A DNA stretch of 64,000 bases, taken from the IMG/VR virus record IMGVR_UViG_3300030061_002970; one strand, 5' to 3'. Below the pieces are notes generated by a model. It was not told the origin of the DNA. It worked only from the letters and a program-made list of their open reading frames with translations, and did no database searches. This document shows positions 1 to 10,110 of this stretch, one piece after another. Position numbers and translations under genes: made by a program. The stretch's first letter is position 1. Each line of letters begins with the position of its first letter. The stretch comes from a virus.

Positions 1-63
1 GACAACTATAGTAAAGACGACATCAAAAAAAGCTTTTCCCAACCAGAAGACGAAGAAGAATAA
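1..63 (+). CDS. 3' end of an upstream gene (…DNYSKDDIKKSFSQPEDEEE*), truncated by the window edge
   Basis: Frame 1 is open from base 1 to TAA at 61-63; acidic C-terminus. Confidence 0.6.
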   Translation, partial: DNYSKDDIKKSFSQPEDEEE

Positions 64-81
64 AATAAACTTGTTCTTTGT

Positions 82-112
82 TTGACATCCGCAAATTATA
101 TTATTATATTTA
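82..112 (+). promoter_or_regulatory. sigma70-type promoter TTGACA-N17-TATATT(TA) for the replication operon
   Basis: TTGACA 82-87, TATATT 105-110, intergenic, upstream of the SSB gene. Confidence 0.75.
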
Positions 113-148
113 AACAAAGATTTATTAATTAATATAAAAAAAAATATA

Positions 149-1015
149 ATGAGTAATAGTTTAGACGCGGTTTTAGCTCAATACGAGAAAAACAAACAAA
201 GTGGTGGTTCCACAAAACCACAAATGACATCAGAAGAAAGAATGAAACAATATCTTTCTATTATGTTACCAAAAGGAACAAAACAAGGAGAAAAAAGAAT
301 TAGAATTGTACCAACAACAGATGGGTCCTCTCCTTTTAAAGAAGTATTTTTCCATAACGTACAAGTACAAGGAAGATGGCAAAAACTTTATGACCCAGGA
401 AAAGATGAAACAGGAAAACCATCCGGTGAAAGAAGTCCATTAAATGAAGTTGAAGAAGCTTTAAGATTAGCAGGTGATGCACAATCAAAAGAACTAGCAC
501 GTTCGTATCGTTCACAAAAATTTTACATAGTAAAAGTTGTAGATAGAGATAATGAAGAAGATGGTGTTAAATTTTGGAGATTTAAACATAATTGGAAAGG
601 AGACGGACCAATTGACAAAATCATACCAATCTGGAGAAATAAAGGTGATGTAACAGATGTTAATGAAGGTAGAGATTTAATCCTAATCCTACAAGCAGTA
701 CCATTACCAGGTGGTAGAGGAGAATATACTACAGTATCTTCAGTTATGTATGAAGACCCAGGAAAATTATCAGAAGACCCAACTAAAACAAAAGAGTGGA
801 CTGAAGATGAGAGAACTTGGAAGGACGTGTATTCACAAAAACCAGTAGAATACTTAGAAGCTATATCTAAAGGTCTAGACCCAGTTTGGGATTCAGAATT
901 AAAAAAATATGTTTACGATGACCCAAGTAGTGATAAAAATGTAACTAAAACTACAACTTTAGGTAATACAGACCCACAAGCAAACGACCCACAAGACGAA
1001 GACTTACCATTTTAA
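149..1015 (+). CDS. T4 gp32-like single-stranded DNA-binding protein
   Basis: IRIVP…PF…FFH, VVDRD.E.DGVKFW, GRD motifs; acidic DEDLPF C-terminus; adjacent to the RecA-like gene. Confidence 0.8.
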   Translation: MSNSLDAVLAQYEKNKQSGGSTKPQMTSEERMKQYLSIMLPKGTKQGEKRIRIVPTTDGSSPFKEVFFHNVQVQGRWQKLYDPGKDETGKPSGERSPLNEVEEALRLAGDAQSKELARSYRSQKFYIVKVVDRDNEEDGVKFWRFKHNWKGDGPIDKIIPIWRNKGDVTDVNEGRDLILILQAVPLPGGRGEYTTVSSVMYEDPGKLSEDPTKTKEWTEDERTWKDVYSQKPVEYLEAISKGLDPVWDSELKKYVYDDPSSDKNVTKTTTLGNTDPQANDPQDEDLPF

Positions 1016-1025
1016 TTAACAGACT

Positions 1026-2030
1026 ATGGCATTGAAAAAACGAACATTTTCAGACTTAAAAAGTAAATTTTCAAAGAAAGCTAACTTTAAACCAGAAAGA
1101 TTTTTTGATTTAGGGAAAGCTTTCCTTGATGCCACTGGTTTACCAGGTCCAGCTATGGGTCACTTACAAATGTTTTTAGGTCATTCAGATACCGGAAAAA
1201 CAACCGCTTTAATAAAAGCGGCAGTTGATGCACAAAATAAAGGTATTTTACCAGTATTAATTATTACGGAACAAAAATGGGGTTTTGAACACGCTAAAAT
1301 TTTAGGTTTTGATTGTGAAGAAGTGGTCGATAAAACTACCGGAGAAATAGATTGGGATGGATTTTTTCTATTCAACAACGATTTTCAGTATATAGAACAA
1401 ATTACCGATTACATTAACACCTTATTAGATGCACAAGATAAGGGTGAGTTAGAATATGATTTATTATTTTTATGGGATTCGGTTGGTTCGGTTCCTTGTA
1501 AAATGACTTTTGAAGGTAAAGGTGGTAAAATGCATAATGCAGCTACATTAGCTGATAAAATAGGAATGGGACTAAACCAAAGAATAGGTAAATCTAGAAG
1601 ACAAGACTCAAAATACACCAACACATTAGTAGTGGTTAATCAACCTTGGGTGGAGTTACCAGATAACCCATTCGGACAACCTAAAATTAAAGCAAAAGGA
1701 GGAGAATCACTATGGTTAAACTCAACCTTAGTATTTAGATTTGGTAATCAAAAAAACGGTGGTACCACAAATATTACAGCTGTAAAAGAAAAACGAAAAG
1801 TAAAATTTGCCACTAGAACAAAAATAACCATTATGAAAAACCATGTTAATGGTTTGGGATATGAGGATGGTAAAATACTCATAACACCCCATGGGTTCAT
1901 AGCTGGTAGAGAAGCCAGTGAAGAAAAAAAATCAATAGAAAAATATAAACAAGAAAATGCTACTTTTTGGTCTGAGCAATTAGGCGTTGGTGGTGATTTC
2001 GACTTAAAAATAGAAAAAGAAAATGACTAA
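1026..2030 (+). CDS. uvsX: RecA/UvsX-like recombinase
   Basis: Walker A GHSDTGKTT, Walker B FLWDSVG, VVNQ, KGGE, KNHV motifs. Confidence 0.85.
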   Translation: MALKKRTFSDLKSKFSKKANFKPERFFDLGKAFLDATGLPGPAMGHLQMFLGHSDTGKTTALIKAAVDAQNKGILPVLIITEQKWGFEHAKILGFDCEEVVDKTTGEIDWDGFFLFNNDFQYIEQITDYINTLLDAQDKGELEYDLLFLWDSVGSVPCKMTFEGKGGKMHNAATLADKIGMGLNQRIGKSRRQDSKYTNTLVVVNQPWVELPDNPFGQPKIKAKGGESLWLNSTLVFRFGNQKNGGTTNITAVKEKRKVKFATRTKITIMKNHVNGLGYEDGKILITPHGFIAGREASEEKKSIEKYKQENATFWSEQLGVGGDFDLKIEKEND

Positions 2031-2457
2031 ATTAAAAACAGGAGATAAAGTAAAAGTACATTACGTCGGTACATTAAAAGACGGTTCACAGTTTGATAAC
2101 TCAAGAGAAAGAGAACAAGCACTAGAATTTGCAATTGATGATGGTAAGTTATTAAAAGGGTTTAATGACGCGGTTAAAGGTCTAGGGGTTGGTGAAACCA
2201 CTAAAATTGATTTAGATGCCAAAGATGCCTATGGTGAGTACATCACCGAAGCTGTTATTACTGTTAAAAAGAATGAATTTCCACCAGAAATGAAATTTGA
2301 AATGAATGGGTTTGTACAAGGTCAAGACAATCAAGGAAGACCAGTTCAAGGGCAAATAGTTAAAATTGAAGAAGAAAGTGTTAATTTAGATATGAACCAT
2401 CCATTAGCTGGGGAAAATTTAAATTTTGAAATAGAATTGGTAGAAGTAGTAGAGTAA
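2023..2457 (+). CDS. slyD: FKBP-type peptidyl-prolyl isomerase (SlyD/SlpA type with insert-in-flap, no His-rich tail)
   Basis: VKVHYVGTLKDGSQFDNS, DAYGE, LDMNHPLAGENLNFEIELVEV. Confidence 0.9.
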   Translation: MTKLKTGDKVKVHYVGTLKDGSQFDNSREREQALEFAIDDGKLLKGFNDAVKGLGVGETTKIDLDAKDAYGEYITEAVITVKKNEFPPEMKFEMNGFVQGQDNQGRPVQGQIVKIEEESVNLDMNHPLAGENLNFEIELVEVVE

Positions 2458-2488
2458 AAAAATTGTTTAATCTTTTTAATTAAATGTC

Positions 2489-3493
2489 TTGGTAAGAACA
2501 TTATTAGTTGACGGAAATTCCCTTTTAAATACAGGTTTTCATGGTATTAAAAATATGTACCATAATGATGAACACATTGGTGGATTATATCATTTTTTAA
2601 ATACATTAAGAAAATTAATAGATGATTATGTAATAACCAAAGTAGTCGTATTTTGGGATGGTAAAGATAACACCAAACCAAGGATAGAAATGTATCCTGA
2701 GTACAAGTTAAATAGAAAATTAAAACCTAAAAGCCAAGACGACCTACAATCTTACGATAGACAAAAATTACGTGTACAAGAATACTTAGAAGAATTATAT
2801 GTTAGACAAGCTACATTTAAATGGTGTGAAGCGGATGATTGTTTAGCGTATTATTGTTTAGAATCTAAAAATGAAGAAATTATTGTTTTAACCTCAGACC
2901 GTGATTTACTACAAATAATATCTAAAAATGTATCTTTACATATTATTTCCTTAAACAAATTATTTAAATTTGGTGAAAAAGTACCACTAAATGGTTTATA
3001 TATACCCTCTGACAATGTAAGGGTGGTTAAAAGTGTTTGTGGTGATTCTTCAGATAACATACAAGGTATAAAAATGGTTGGTATTAAATCATTAGTAAAA
3101 ATAAAACCAGAAATACTAGAAAAAAAGGTAACCTTAAAAGAAATTCTAAAAACTATATCCGATAAAGATAAGATTAGTGTAAAAGAAAAAAATATTATAG
3201 AAGGGGTCACTCAAAAAAAGTCAAACACTAATAATATATTAAATGTTAATTATGAGATTATAGGTGTAGGCAAACAATTTTTAACCAAAAAAGCAATTAA
3301 AGGCATAGAAGATTTATCAAAAGAAGCGATAGACCCAGAAGGAAGAGATTGGAAAAACGCTTTAAACTTGATGATGTCAGATGGTTTACTTAATATTTTA
3401 CCTAGAACTAACGATGCTTGGGTAGATTTCGTAAGGCCTTTTTTAAGATTAACAAGAATAGAAAAAGATTTTTATAAAAATAAAAAAAAGTAA
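2489..3493 (+). CDS. 5'-3' exonuclease / RNase H (PolI N-terminal/FEN family); TTG start
   Basis: LLVDGNSL, VFWDG, YPEYKLNR, EADD, TSDRDLLQ, GDSSDNIQGIKMVG (H3TH). Confidence 0.9.
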   Translation: MVRTLLVDGNSLLNTGFHGIKNMYHNDEHIGGLYHFLNTLRKLIDDYVITKVVVFWDGKDNTKPRIEMYPEYKLNRKLKPKSQDDLQSYDRQKLRVQEYLEELYVRQATFKWCEADDCLAYYCLESKNEEIIVLTSDRDLLQIISKNVSLHIISLNKLFKFGEKVPLNGLYIPSDNVRVVKSVCGDSSDNIQGIKMVGIKSLVKIKPEILEKKVTLKEILKTISDKDKISVKEKNIIEGVTQKKSNTNNILNVNYEIIGVGKQFLTKKAIKGIEDLSKEAIDPEGRDWKNALNLMMSDGLLNILPRTNDAWVDFVRPFLRLTRIEKDFYKNKKK

Positions 3494-3497
3494 AAAA

Positions 3498-3941
3498 ATG
3501 AAACAAAAAAAAGATAATACACAAAAATGTGAATTTGTACTAACTCTAGGAAATAATATAGTATGTCAAAGATTTTTCTCGGTTAGAAATTTTAACAATA
3601 AAGCCCCGTACTCTTTAGACCTACATTATGTAATGACAGATGTGGTAAATGGGATAAAAGACAAACTAAAACAAAAAACTTTATTTTTATTAGACAGTAA
3701 TTTTAGAGAAAATCCAAATCAAAATAACGTAGATGATGCGGATTTTACGATAACAATTAAAAAAGGTAATAAGGTTATATACACAAGAATTCTACCTGCC
3801 GATGTCTATCCCCCTAAAGTTAGATACACTGTAGATATTAGACCACAAATATCTTATATTCTTAGAGAATTAACAGAAACACTATCAACAAGAAAACTTA
3901 TTACTAACTACCAAGATTATTCACTCATTGTGGGTGAATAA
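3498..3941 (+). CDS. hypothetical protein in the replication operon
   Basis: 147-aa ORF tightly packed between exonuclease and helicase. Confidence 0.7.
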   Translation: MKQKKDNTQKCEFVLTLGNNIVCQRFFSVRNFNNKAPYSLDLHYVMTDVVNGIKDKLKQKTLFLLDSNFRENPNQNNVDDADFTITIKKGNKVIYTRILPADVYPPKVRYTVDIRPQISYILRELTETLSTRKLITNYQDYSLIVGE

Positions 3942-3943
3942 AG

Positions 3944-3950
3944 TATTTAT
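3944..3950 (+). promoter_or_regulatory. TATTTAT putative late-promoter motif before the helicase
   Basis: Recurrent motif; first T is 25 nt before the ATG. Confidence 0.5.
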
Positions 3951-3968
3951 TACTAAATAAAATTATAC

Positions 3969-5348
3969 ATGAGTGAAACAACAAATTTTGGGTATCTAGG
4001 ATACACCTTTCAACTAAAACTATTAAATCTAATTATTACTGATAATACTTTTTTTCAGTCCATAATTGATGCAATCACTCCAAAATATTTTGACAACCAA
4101 TATTTTAGATTAATCATGCAGTTGATTAAAGAATATTATGAAAAATACCAAACAGCACCATCTTTCGATGCCATAGACCAACTAACAAGGATAGAAATAT
4201 CTTCAGAAATGGCTAGAAAAAATGTTTTTGATATGATAAAAGATATTAAAGACGCTTCATTTGAAGACCACCTTTTTATTAAAGAAAAGTCTATAAAATT
4301 TTGTAAACAACAAGAATTAAAAAAGGCTATTAGAAAAGTAGAAAGTATTATGGAAAAAGGTGAGTTTGAAAATTATGACAAGTGTGAAGAATATATTAGA
4401 GACGCGATTAAAATAGGTGAGGGTGATGTAGGTAGTTTCGAAATTTTTACAGAATTAGAAAAATTACTAGAAGAAGATTATAGACACCCACTACCTACTG
4501 GGATAGATGGGTTAGATAATATTTTAAACGGTGGTCTAGCCAAAGGAGAAATAGGTGTGGTATTAGCACCGACAGGTGTGGGTAAAACCACAATGTTAAC
4601 AAGATTTGCTAATACAGCATTTAATATGGGGTATAACGTCTTACAAATATTTTTTGAAGACAACCCAAAAATAATTCAGAGAAAACATTTTACTTGTTGG
4701 ACGGGGATACCTAATGACAAGTTAACTGAACACAAAGAAACTGTTTTAGATAAAGCAGATGAAATGAAAAAGACTGGTGGTAAATTAATTTTAAAAAAAC
4801 TACCATCAGATGAAATGACAATGTTACAAATTAAAAACCAAGTAAGAAAAATTATTTCTGAAGGTACAAAAATAGACATTGTCCTTATAGATTATATAGA
4901 TTGTATATTACCAGACCGTTCATTTAATGATGAATGGAAAGGAGAAGGTTCTGTTATGAGAAAATTCGAAGGTATGTGTCACGAGTTAAATATTGCTGGT
5001 TGGACAGCAACACAAGGAAATAGAAGTTCAATATCATCAGATGTTGTAACTACGGACCAAATGGGAGGCTCAATTAAAAAAGCACAAGTGGGACATGTAA
5101 TTATATCTGTAGCTAAAACTTTACAACAAAAAGAAATGGGGTTAGCTACCATAGCAATCGTTAAATCTAGATTAGGTAAAGATGGTATTATATTTGAAAA
5201 TTGTAAATTTGATAATGGTACCTTAGAAATTGATACCGAAACAACACAAACCTTTTTAGGTTTTGAAAAAGAAAAAGTTGATAGGAATCGTGAAAGAGTA
5301 GCTCGAGCTCTACAAAGAAGAGAACAAATAATAAATAAAAATAATTAA
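3969..5348 (+). CDS. DnaB/T4 gp41-like replicative helicase
   Basis: PTGIDGLD, APTGVGKT (Walker A), FFED, LIDYID, TATQGNR, KSRLG. Confidence 0.9.
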   Translation: MSETTNFGYLGYTFQLKLLNLIITDNTFFQSIIDAITPKYFDNQYFRLIMQLIKEYYEKYQTAPSFDAIDQLTRIEISSEMARKNVFDMIKDIKDASFEDHLFIKEKSIKFCKQQELKKAIRKVESIMEKGEFENYDKCEEYIRDAIKIGEGDVGSFEIFTELEKLLEEDYRHPLPTGIDGLDNILNGGLAKGEIGVVLAPTGVGKTTMLTRFANTAFNMGYNVLQIFFEDNPKIIQRKHFTCWTGIPNDKLTEHKETVLDKADEMKKTGGKLILKKLPSDEMTMLQIKNQVRKIISEGTKIDIVLIDYIDCILPDRSFNDEWKGEGSVMRKFEGMCHELNIAGWTATQGNRSSISSDVVTTDQMGGSIKKAQVGHVIISVAKTLQQKEMGLATIAIVKSRLGKDGIIFENCKFDNGTLEIDTETTQTFLGFEKEKVDRNRERVARALQRREQIINKNN

Positions 5349-5362
5349 TAAAAAGCACAAAT

Positions 5363-7267
5363 ATGGAAGTATCAAATAAGATTCTGTCGGATATTACTGT
5401 CTACATGAAGTACGCAAAATATATACCGGAACTAAATAGAAGAGAAACATGGGATGAACTAGTTACTCGAAATAAACAAATGCATCAAAAAAAATACCCT
5501 CATTTAAAAGAAGAAATAGAACAAAAATATAAACTAGTGTACGATAAGAAAGTTTTACCATCGATGAGAAGTATGCAATTCGGTGGAAAACCAATTGAAA
5601 TTAGTCCTAATAGAATTTACAATTGTGCTTATCTCCCTATTGAACATATCGATTCTTTTAGTGAAACAATGTTTTTGTTGTTAGGGGGAACCGGTGTTGG
5701 ATATTCTGTACAAAAACATCATGTTGCAAAATTACCTTGTATTCAAAAACCATACCCAAAAAGAAAGAAAAGATTTTTAATTGGAGACTCAATTGAAGGA
5801 TGGGCAGACGCTATAAAAGTTTTAATGAAAACCTATATGAATGGTGGGGGTAGTAGAGTAGAATTTGATTATTCGGATATTAGACCAAAAGGAGCTAGGT
5901 TAATCACGTCAGGTGGAAAAGCACCTGGACCACAACCATTAAAAGAATGTTTAGTTAAAATAGAAGGATTATTAAGTCAAAAAGAAAATGGAGAACAACT
6001 TACAACAATTGAAGTACATGATATTGTATGTCATATTGCGGACGCAGTTTTGGCTGGGGGTATTCGTAGAGCAGCTCTTATTAGTTTGTTTAGTGCTGAT
6101 GACGATGCTATGATTTCATGTAAAGCAGGTAATTGGTGGGAATTGAACCCACAAAGAGGTAGAGCAAATAACTCAGCTTGTTTAATGAGACATAAAATAA
6201 CTAAAGAATTTTTTATGGACTTATGGAAAAGAGTTGAGTTATCGGGAGCTGGAGAACCAGGAATTTATTTAAATAACGATAAAGACTGGGGAACAAATCC
6301 ATGTTGTGAGATTGCTTTAAGACCAAATCAGTTTTGTAATCTTTGTGAAGTAAATGTATCAAATATAGAATCACAAGAAGATTTGAATGAAAGAGTAAAA
6401 GCCGCATCATTTATTGGAACATTACAAGCAGGATACACTTCATTCCATTATTTAAGAGAAATTTGGCAAGAAACAACTGAAAAAGATGCTCTAATTGGTG
6501 TATCAATGACAGGAATTGGTTCTGGAAAAGTATTAAAATACGACATGAAAAAAGCAGCTAGTCTAGCCAAAAGAGAAAATACCAGAGTATCCAAACTAAT
6601 TGACATTAATCCATCTGCGAGATGTACAACAGTTAAACCCGCAGGAACAACTTCTTTAACATTAGGAACAAGTTCAGGTATCCATGCATGGCATAATGAT
6701 TACTATATTAGAAGGGTTAGGGTTGGTAAAAATGAAGCAATCTATACTTATTTAAACCAAAACCATCCAGAACTAGTTGAAGATGAATATTTTAGACCAC
6801 ATGATACAGCTGTAATTAGTATACCACAAAAAGCACCTGAAGGTTCTATTTTAAGAACTGAATCTCCATTTGATTTATTAGAAAGGGTTAAAAAAGTTGC
6901 AACAGAATGGGTAAGGTCAGGACATAGAAATGGTTCTAACACTCACAATGTGTCAGCAACAATTAGTCTAAAAGAAGATGATTGGGATAAAGCTGGTGAA
7001 TGGATGTGGGACAACAGAAAAGATTATAACGGATTATCGGTACTACCTTATAACGGAGGTACATATACCCAAGCTCCATTTGAAGATATAACAGAAGAAG
7101 AATATGACAAAATGATGGAGTCACTTAAAGATGTTGATTTAAGTAAGGTTGTTGAATTAGACGATAATACAAACTTAACTGGTGAACTAGCTTGTGCGGG
7201 TGGTACTTGTGAAATAGATGTTGATTTAAAATCTATAGAAAAAGAAAAAGCGTTGGATGAGGCATAG
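5363..7267 (+). CDS. nrdJ: class II (adenosylcobalamin-dependent, monomeric RTPR-type) ribonucleotide reductase
   Basis: PSMRS, YNC, GTGVGYS, RRAALI, TNPCCEI, FCNLCE, TTVKPAGT, C-terminal CAGGTC redox pair; no small-subunit gene adjacent. Confidence 0.88.
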   Translation: MEVSNKILSDITVYMKYAKYIPELNRRETWDELVTRNKQMHQKKYPHLKEEIEQKYKLVYDKKVLPSMRSMQFGGKPIEISPNRIYNCAYLPIEHIDSFSETMFLLLGGTGVGYSVQKHHVAKLPCIQKPYPKRKKRFLIGDSIEGWADAIKVLMKTYMNGGGSRVEFDYSDIRPKGARLITSGGKAPGPQPLKECLVKIEGLLSQKENGEQLTTIEVHDIVCHIADAVLAGGIRRAALISLFSADDDAMISCKAGNWWELNPQRGRANNSACLMRHKITKEFFMDLWKRVELSGAGEPGIYLNNDKDWGTNPCCEIALRPNQFCNLCEVNVSNIESQEDLNERVKAASFIGTLQAGYTSFHYLREIWQETTEKDALIGVSMTGIGSGKVLKYDMKKAASLAKRENTRVSKLIDINPSARCTTVKPAGTTSLTLGTSSGIHAWHNDYYIRRVRVGKNEAIYTYLNQNHPELVEDEYFRPHDTAVISIPQKAPEGSILRTESPFDLLERVKKVATEWVRSGHRNGSNTHNVSATISLKEDDWDKAGEWMWDNRKDYNGLSVLPYNGGTYTQAPFEDITEEEYDKMMESLKDVDLSKVVELDDNTNLTGELACAGGTCEIDVDLKSIEKEKALDEA

Positions 7268-7442
7268 GGTTAGTAAGGAGATTTTATACCATTTTAATTG
7301 TGGTAAATGTAATAAATGGTGGTCGATTTCCGACTACCATTTATTGTCTCTAAACAATACAAAAGATTTAAATTATGACAAAAAAATAGTGTGTCCTCAT
7401 TGTGAATATAAAGAAAAAGTAATAGAAAATAAAAATGAATAG
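7257..7442 (+). CDS. small Zn-ribbon protein
   Basis: CGKC…CPHC; overlaps both neighbours in operon style. Confidence 0.6.
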   Translation: MRHRVSKEILYHFNCGKCNKWWSISDYHLLSLNNTKDLNYDKKIVCPHCEYKEKVIENKNE

Positions 7443-7683
7443 AAGAGACGATTGGATTTCAGAATTACACTATAGAGAATTTTTAAAACCTAAACTACAA
7501 GGTAAAGATTTTTATTGGGAAAATGGAATGATGGTAATGACAGAAGATTACCACAAAAGAAGAGGTAGTTGTTGTGGTAATGGATGTAAGCATTGTCCAT
7601 ATTGGCCACCACACCAAAAAACAAACACACAACTAAAAGAAGGGAGTATTATTAATCATAACCCCCACCAAACTAATATTTGA
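7435..7683 (+). CDS. DUF5522-like cysteine-rich small protein
   Basis: FYWENGMMVMTEDYHKRRGSCCGNGCKHCPY. Confidence 0.75.
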   Translation: MNRRDDWISELHYREFLKPKLQGKDFYWENGMMVMTEDYHKRRGSCCGNGCKHCPYWPPHQKTNTQLKEGSIINHNPHQTNI

Positions 7684-7685
7684 AG

Positions 7686-7692
7686 TATTTAT
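7686..7692 (+). promoter_or_regulatory. TATTTAT putative late promoter at the head of the baseplate operon
   Basis: 18 nt before the gp25 ATG. Confidence 0.6.
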
Positions 7693-7703
7693 TATAAAAA
7701 AGA

Positions 7704-8165
7704 ATGCCCAATCAAAGATATGGTATAACGTTTCCATTTACTGATAGTAGTGAAGGATTTTTTCTTGGTCTTAATAAAATACCAGATAGTGAAGTTAGGT
7801 CCAATTTAATACACTTAATACTAACACTTAAAGGTACGCGTTATTTTTTACCTGATTTTGGTACTAATTTGATGAGGTATATTTTTGAACCTATGGATTC
7901 AGCAACAAAAACATCTATAGATAATGAGATAAGAGAAGCGGTAGATAAATTTATACCTAATTTAACTATAACTAAAGTAGAAGTTAAAACAGCTGAGGAT
8001 GTTAGACAAGAAGAAAAAGAAGAAATAAATTCACCAGATATGGAAGATAATAGTTTTACCTTTGTTGGTACTACAGAAAGAGAATACTCAATAAGAGTTA
8101 GAATAGATTTCACATCTGGAGATAACGTATTCCAAACGAAAGACTTCGTAATAATTAATTTATAA
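7704..8165 (+). CDS. gp25-like baseplate wedge/sheath-initiator protein
   Basis: NLIHLILTLKGTRYFLPDFGTNL..IFEP, I.EAV.KFIP motifs. Confidence 0.88.
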   Translation: MPNQRYGITFPFTDSSEGFFLGLNKIPDSEVRSNLIHLILTLKGTRYFLPDFGTNLMRYIFEPMDSATKTSIDNEIREAVDKFIPNLTITKVEVKTAEDVRQEEKEEINSPDMEDNSFTFVGTTEREYSIRVRIDFTSGDNVFQTKDFVIINL

Positions 8166-8166
8166 T

Positions 8167-10008
8167 ATGGCAGAAAAACAAATATCGTACACTGAAAGAG
8201 ATTTTCTAGGGATAAGAAATGAACTATTAAGATTAACTAATACCTATTACCCAGACTTAATACAAAATGCTAATGATGCATCTATATATTCAGTTTTTTT
8301 GGATTTAAACGCTGCAGTAGCGGATAATCTAAACTTTCAAATAGATAGAACATTCCAAGAGACAGTATTACAATTTGCACAAGAAAGAAGTTCTTTATAT
8401 AATTTAGCTAGAACTTATGGTTTAAAAGTTCCCGGTAATAGACCATCAGTAACTGTTGGTGATTTATCAGTAATTGTGCCACCTTTGGGTGATAAAGAAG
8501 ATTTTAAATATTTGGGGTTATTAAGAGCTGGTTCACAATTTAATGGTGGTGGACAAATATTTGAATTAGTGGACGACTGTGACTTTTCCTCACCTTATAG
8601 TGTAGAGGGAATACCTAATCGTACAAAAATACCAAATTTTGATTCTAATGGTATTCTGGTTAACTACACTATAACTAAAAGAGAAGTTTTAGTTAATGGA
8701 ACCACTAAGATATTTAAAAAAGAAATTTTAGATAGTGACAGTAAACCGTTCTTTAAATTATTTTTACCAGAAAAAAATATAATATCCGTAACATCCATTA
8801 TACAGAAAGCAGGATTATCCTATCAGTCACTACCAAACACTTCAGAGTTTATATCACCACTCTCTAATAAGTGGTACGAGGTAGAAGCTTTGGCTCAAAA
8901 TGAGGTATTCGTAGAAGACCCATCTACACCACCGGATAACGTTAGTATGAAAGTTGGTAAATATGTTACGGCACCTCAAAGATTTGTTACAGAATATACA
9001 CCCGAAGGTTTTTTCTTTTTAACATTTGGTGGTGGAAACCAAACGTCTCAAGACCTATTAGACGAATTTAGTTCTAAAGGAGTTAAATTAGATATGTCTA
9101 GGTTTATGAATAACATAGCCTTAGGTGATACAGTAAAAGGGAATACAACCTTATTTATTCAGTATAGAGTTGGTGGTGGTAAAGCATCAAATATAGGTGC
9201 TGGAGCAGTTACTAATGTGGGTACTATAGATTTTGTTGTGGCTGGACCAAGTCAACAAATCAATCAAAGTGTTATTAATAGTTTAGCTGTTAATAATGTA
9301 ACTTCAGCAATAGGAGGTGCTGACCCCATGAATCAAGAAGAAATAAGAAATTATATATCATTTAATTTTGCGGCTCAACAAAGAGCTGTAACAATAAATG
9401 ACTATGTCTCTCAACTAAGAACAATGCCTTCATCATTCGGTGCACCAGCAAAAGCAAGTGCGATGGAAATAGAAAATAAAATTAAGTTAAATGTGTTATC
9501 ATATACACCAGAAGGTACACTAACATCTAACGTTAGTTCTACACTTAAAAATAATATAGCCACATACCTATCAAATCATAGAATGATAAATGATTATATA
9601 ATGGTTGGGTCAGCAAAAGTAATTGATTTAAGTTTTGAAATTGATTTGGTTTTAAATAATGATGTAAATCAGGGTGAAGTGGTGACTAATGTAATTACAA
9701 TCGTTGGTGATTATTTTGGTGTTAGTAAAATAGAAATGGGGCAAGATTTATCTTTAGGTGAATTAAGAAAACAAATAATGAACGAACCTGGTGTCGTCAA
9801 CATAGTAGATATTAGAGTTTATAATAAAGTAGGTGACCCATATTCACAATCAGTTAGTACACAACCATACTCTAACGCTACCACAAAAAAAATAGGGTTA
9901 ATAGATGATACCATTTTCGCACAACCCGATGAAATATTACAAATTAGATTTCCTCAAAAAGACATAGCTGTAAGAACTAAGAGAAATTCTAAACCCACTT
10001 TCTCCTAA
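8167..10008 (+). CDS. baseplate wedge subunit (T4 gp6 / baseplate J-like)
   Basis: YTERDF, FQET.LQFAQERSS.YNLART.G, YRVGGG, GGAD…EEIR…AQQRAVTINDY. Confidence 0.82.
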   Translation: MAEKQISYTERDFLGIRNELLRLTNTYYPDLIQNANDASIYSVFLDLNAAVADNLNFQIDRTFQETVLQFAQERSSLYNLARTYGLKVPGNRPSVTVGDLSVIVPPLGDKEDFKYLGLLRAGSQFNGGGQIFELVDDCDFSSPYSVEGIPNRTKIPNFDSNGILVNYTITKREVLVNGTTKIFKKEILDSDSKPFFKLFLPEKNIISVTSIIQKAGLSYQSLPNTSEFISPLSNKWYEVEALAQNEVFVEDPSTPPDNVSMKVGKYVTAPQRFVTEYTPEGFFFLTFGGGNQTSQDLLDEFSSKGVKLDMSRFMNNIALGDTVKGNTTLFIQYRVGGGKASNIGAGAVTNVGTIDFVVAGPSQQINQSVINSLAVNNVTSAIGGADPMNQEEIRNYISFNFAAQQRAVTINDYVSQLRTMPSSFGAPAKASAMEIENKIKLNVLSYTPEGTLTSNVSSTLKNNIATYLSNHRMINDYIMVGSAKVIDLSFEIDLVLNNDVNQGEVVTNVITIVGDYFGVSKIEMGQDLSLGELRKQIMNEPGVVNIVDIRVYNKVGDPYSQSVSTQPYSNATTKKIGLIDDTIFAQPDEILQIRFPQKDIAVRTKRNSKPTFS

Positions 10009-10010
10009 AC

Positions 10011-10108
10011 TTTACTATATTGACCAATAACTTACTTTTAATTTTAATGGTGGAACTATTTATTTTATATACACCATAAACCCTTTTTGGGTCAATATAT
10101 AATGTAAA
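10011..10108 (+). promoter_or_regulatory. nested RNA stem-loop spanning the intergenic region, with a TATTTAT motif in the inner loop
   Basis: TATATTGACC 10016-25 / GGTCAATATA 10090-99; ATGGTG 10047-52 / CACCAT 10072-77; TATTTAT 10057-63. Confidence 0.6.
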
Positions 10109-10110
10109 AG

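Noticed and set aside
2484-2495. Tiny ORF ATG-TCT-TGG-TAA overlapping the TTG start of the exonuclease as a regulatory uORF or frameshift
   Set aside because: The TTG start gives a complete N-terminus (RTLLVDGNS); three codons are not enough evidence.
10016-10099. Rho-independent terminator or tRNA in the 10.0-kb intergenic region
   Set aside because: There is no U-tract after the main stem and no cloverleaf; it is kept as a regulatory hairpin instead.
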